The notes under the pieces were generated by a model. The model was not told the origin of the DNA. It did no database searches and saw only the letters and a program-made list of their open reading frames with translations. The position numbers and the translations under genes were made by a program. A stretch of 64,000 bases of DNA from the IMG/VR virus record IMGVR_UViG_3300019135_000021; one strand, 5' to 3'. Every line of letters begins with the position of its first letter. The first letter of the stretch is position 1. Below, one piece after another: positions 61,993-64,000 of this stretch. Origin of the DNA: an uncultured virus (IMG/VR IMGVR_UViG_3300019135_000021). Its lineage: Duplodnaviria; Heunggongvirae; Uroviricota; Caudoviricetes.

Positions 61993-62321
61993 GGGGAATA
62001 AAAAATATCTAAGTGGAAAGTTGATTTTTTTATTGAAGAATTAACCGATCTTGATTTTTTCTATCCAACTACTGTAAGCTCGCATACGAAATTAGATTTG
62101 AATATTGTCTTTGAAAGACTTATGGAATTAACACTTGATTGCAAACTAGCATTGAAATTTGAATGGAGGACAGAGGAAGGCACTAAGATTCTTGATTTGG
62201 ATAGATTCAATAATCTGTTTAAATTAGAGAGGCATGATCAAATACCTCTACATGAATTATATCCTGTGTTTCAAGTTTCTGAAGAATATAAAAGACACTT
62301 AAATAAAAGGAGATCGAAAAA

Positions 62322-62756
62322 ATGACACTACATATCAAAATCAAATATGCAGACGAAACACAAACGCGCATTTCAAAAATCGAACAGGGTGATTGGATTG
62401 ATCTGAGAGCTGCGGAAGATGTATCTATTCCAAAGGATGAGTTTAAACTGATTCCTCTCGGAGTGGCGATGGAATTGCCTGAAGGGTATGAAGCCCATGT
62501 CGTTCCTCGTTCAAGTACATATAAAAATTTCGGTATCATTCAGACCAATTCAATGGGCGTGATTGATGAGGCATACAAAGGGGACGATGATTTCTGGTTT
62601 TTCCCGGCTTATGCGCTGCGAGATACTGAAATTAAAAAGGGAGATCGAATTTGCCAATTCAGAATTATGGAGAAGATGCCTGCAGTTGAATTGGTCGAGG
62701 TCGATCATTTAGGCAACAAAAACCGTGGAGGGCACGGTTCAACTGGCACTAAGTAA
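62322..62756 (+). CDS. dut: trimeric dUTPase
   Basis: [27 protein letters not shown]. Confidence 0.95.
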   Translation: MTLHIKIKYADETQTRISKIEQGDWIDLRAAEDVSIPKDEFKLIPLGVAMELPEGYEAHVVPRSSTYKNFGIIQTNSMGVIDEAYKGDDDFWFFPAYALRDTEIKKGDRICQFRIMEKMPAVELVEVDHLGNKNRGGHGSTGTK

Positions 62757-62827
62757 ATAAAGAACCTTGGCTGTCTTCTTGATGTACAGACAGTGTGGAG
62801 TGCAGCCAAGGTTTGTCCAAACTTATC

Positions 62828-63280
62828 TTATTTTTTAATCGTAAAGCTGAGTTCCTGTGAATCGTAATAAAACTGGTAAAGCTCTTCGTGATCCCAGCCG
62901 ACAAAATCCTTTTGTTTTGGATCGTAGGCTTGGATATCAAGAAAGCTTCCTCTATTCTTGTATCCTTTTGTTAAATTATTTACTTCGGTATAGATGATGA
63001 CTTTTTTGAAAGGTGAACTTGAAGATATTGTGTTCTTAATTGCTTCAACAATTTTGTTTATCCCAGTTTTGTTTGGTTGCAGCGTTTCTTTTAACACAGC
63101 AATAATTTCTTCTACACAATTAATTGCCGAAGTGCTGTTGTGATTCAAGGTATCATAAACATGAAGAATTTCTTTGTCAACTTCATATGTGTAATTGAAA
63201 TTGCTTTTGTTTTCAAAGCCTACATCTTTAATTGATCCTTGAATAATTGGGTGTTGAGTTGTTTGCATAAATTTAACCAC
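62828..63280 (-). CDS. hypothetical protein
   Basis: Minus-strand ORF; hairpin AACCTTGGCTG/CAGCCAAGGTT at about 62763-62813. Confidence 0.7.
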   Translation of the reverse strand: MVKFMQTTQHPIIQGSIKDVGFENKSNFNYTYEVDKEILHVYDTLNHNSTSAINCVEEIIAVLKETLQPNKTGINKIVEAIKNTISSSSPFKKVIIYTEVNNLTKGYKNRGSFLDIQAYDPKQKDFVGWDHEELYQFYYDSQELSFTIKK

Positions 63281-63398
63281 CTTTTGCAGAATTTATTGAA
63301 CAATTTAATTTTATCAAATCTTTGAAAATACAGGTATTAATAACCTTTGAGTTTTCAATAAAAGAAGACTTTTATCGTAATTGTTAAGGAGGTGCAAA

Positions 63399-63686
63399 AT
63401 GAAAAAGGTAGATGAAATAAAGCAACACTTAGAAAAAATTAATAAGCTAGAACAAACATTGGTTGTTTTTGAGGAGTCAGACGAATTACACCTTGACGTG
63501 CTCCATAAAATCCAGGGGGAATTTGATGAGATCAGTGATTTAGCTTTGAATGCTTTTCGTGAATTAACTGAAAAAATACGCAATGTTGGTACAAAAACAA
63601 TCAGCAATAAAATTAAAGCTTTACCCAATACAGTTCAGAAAAATGTCAAGGAGAATATGGATGAACTAATAAATGAATTAAAATGA
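63399..63686 (+). CDS. hypothetical coiled-coil protein
   Basis: AAGGAGGTG RBS. Confidence 0.7.
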   Translation: MKKVDEIKQHLEKINKLEQTLVVFEESDELHLDVLHKIQGEFDEISDLALNAFRELTEKIRNVGTKTISNKIKALPNTVQKNVKENMDELINELK

Positions 63687-63696
63687 GGTGAGTAAT

Positions 63697-64000
63697 ATAG
63701 TTAACACTGCGGATACAGTTTTAAAATCAAATTTATATAAAATACTGTCCGAAGGCAAATCAGATAAAGGGCAAAAGATTCGACCTAAGTGGTCTGATGA
63801 TACGCCAGCTTATACATTAAAATGCTTTGGAGTGTTGAATGAATATGATTTACAGAAAGAATTCCCTATTGCTACTCTAAGGCCAACGGCTTTTAAATCA
63901 GGGTTAAAAGAAATTCTCTGGATATACCAAGATAAATCAAACGATGTTCAGTTGCTTGAAGAAAAATATGGAGTTAAATATTGGCGTAGCTGGGCTAATG
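63697..64000 (+). CDS. thyA: thymidylate synthase, 5' partial
   Basis: IRPKWSDDTPAYT...FPIATLRPTAFKSGLKEILWIYQDKSNDV...YWRSW; runs off the window end. Confidence 0.85.
   Translation, partial: MVNTADTVLKSNLYKILSEGKSDKGQKIRPKWSDDTPAYTLKCFGVLNEYDLQKEFPIATLRPTAFKSGLKEILWIYQDKSNDVQLLEEKYGVKYWRSWAN

Larger units (their letters stand above)
1..64000. mobile_element. SPbeta-like (pro)phage, early/replication/nucleotide-metabolism region; no ends or att sites in the window
   Basis: Gene order aimR-aimP, yopP/Q/R, yoqJ, ligB, yorF-yorM, nrdI-nrdE(intron+intein)-nrdF, thioredoxin, dut, thyA matches the SPbeta/phi3T family. Confidence 0.95.

Noticed and set aside
1..64000. tRNA or rRNA genes
   Set aside because: No cloverleaf or rRNA-like sequence was recognised by eye; tRNAscan-SE was not run.

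Overview
This is an internal segment of an SPbeta-like temperate phage or prophage of a Bacillus subtilis-group host, with almost all genes on the + strand. From left to right it contains: (1) a variable array of small early genes with candidate defence and competition cassettes (ParB-like, HNH, Schlafen/AlbA_2-like, DUF6414-like plus SEFIR/TIR, and an S8 protease-toxin-immunity triad); (2) an arbitrium locus (aimR, plus an unannotated aimP whose predicted mature peptide is GFTVGA); (3) the yopP-yopQ-yopR(mrpR) repressor operon; (4) a RecD-like helicase, yoqJ and ligB; (5) the yorF-yorM replication module, in which dnaE/yorL is split by an HNH-carrying group I intron; (6) nucleotide metabolism genes: nrdI, nrdE (group I intron plus intein), an inserted C5 methyltransferase, nrdF, thioredoxin, dUTPase and the start of thyA. 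Four dispersed non-coding motif families were read by eye. The most striking is a palindrome, TAAAA-N6-TTTTA, with a variable 6-bp core. It occurs at least 19 times as a perfect copy at gene junctions, often overlapping the upstream stop codon, and it brackets accessory genes. It is a candidate gene-cassette recombination or shuffling site, and a tyrosine recombinase with a near-intact active site lies nearby. All assignments come from visual motif recognition; no database searches were run.
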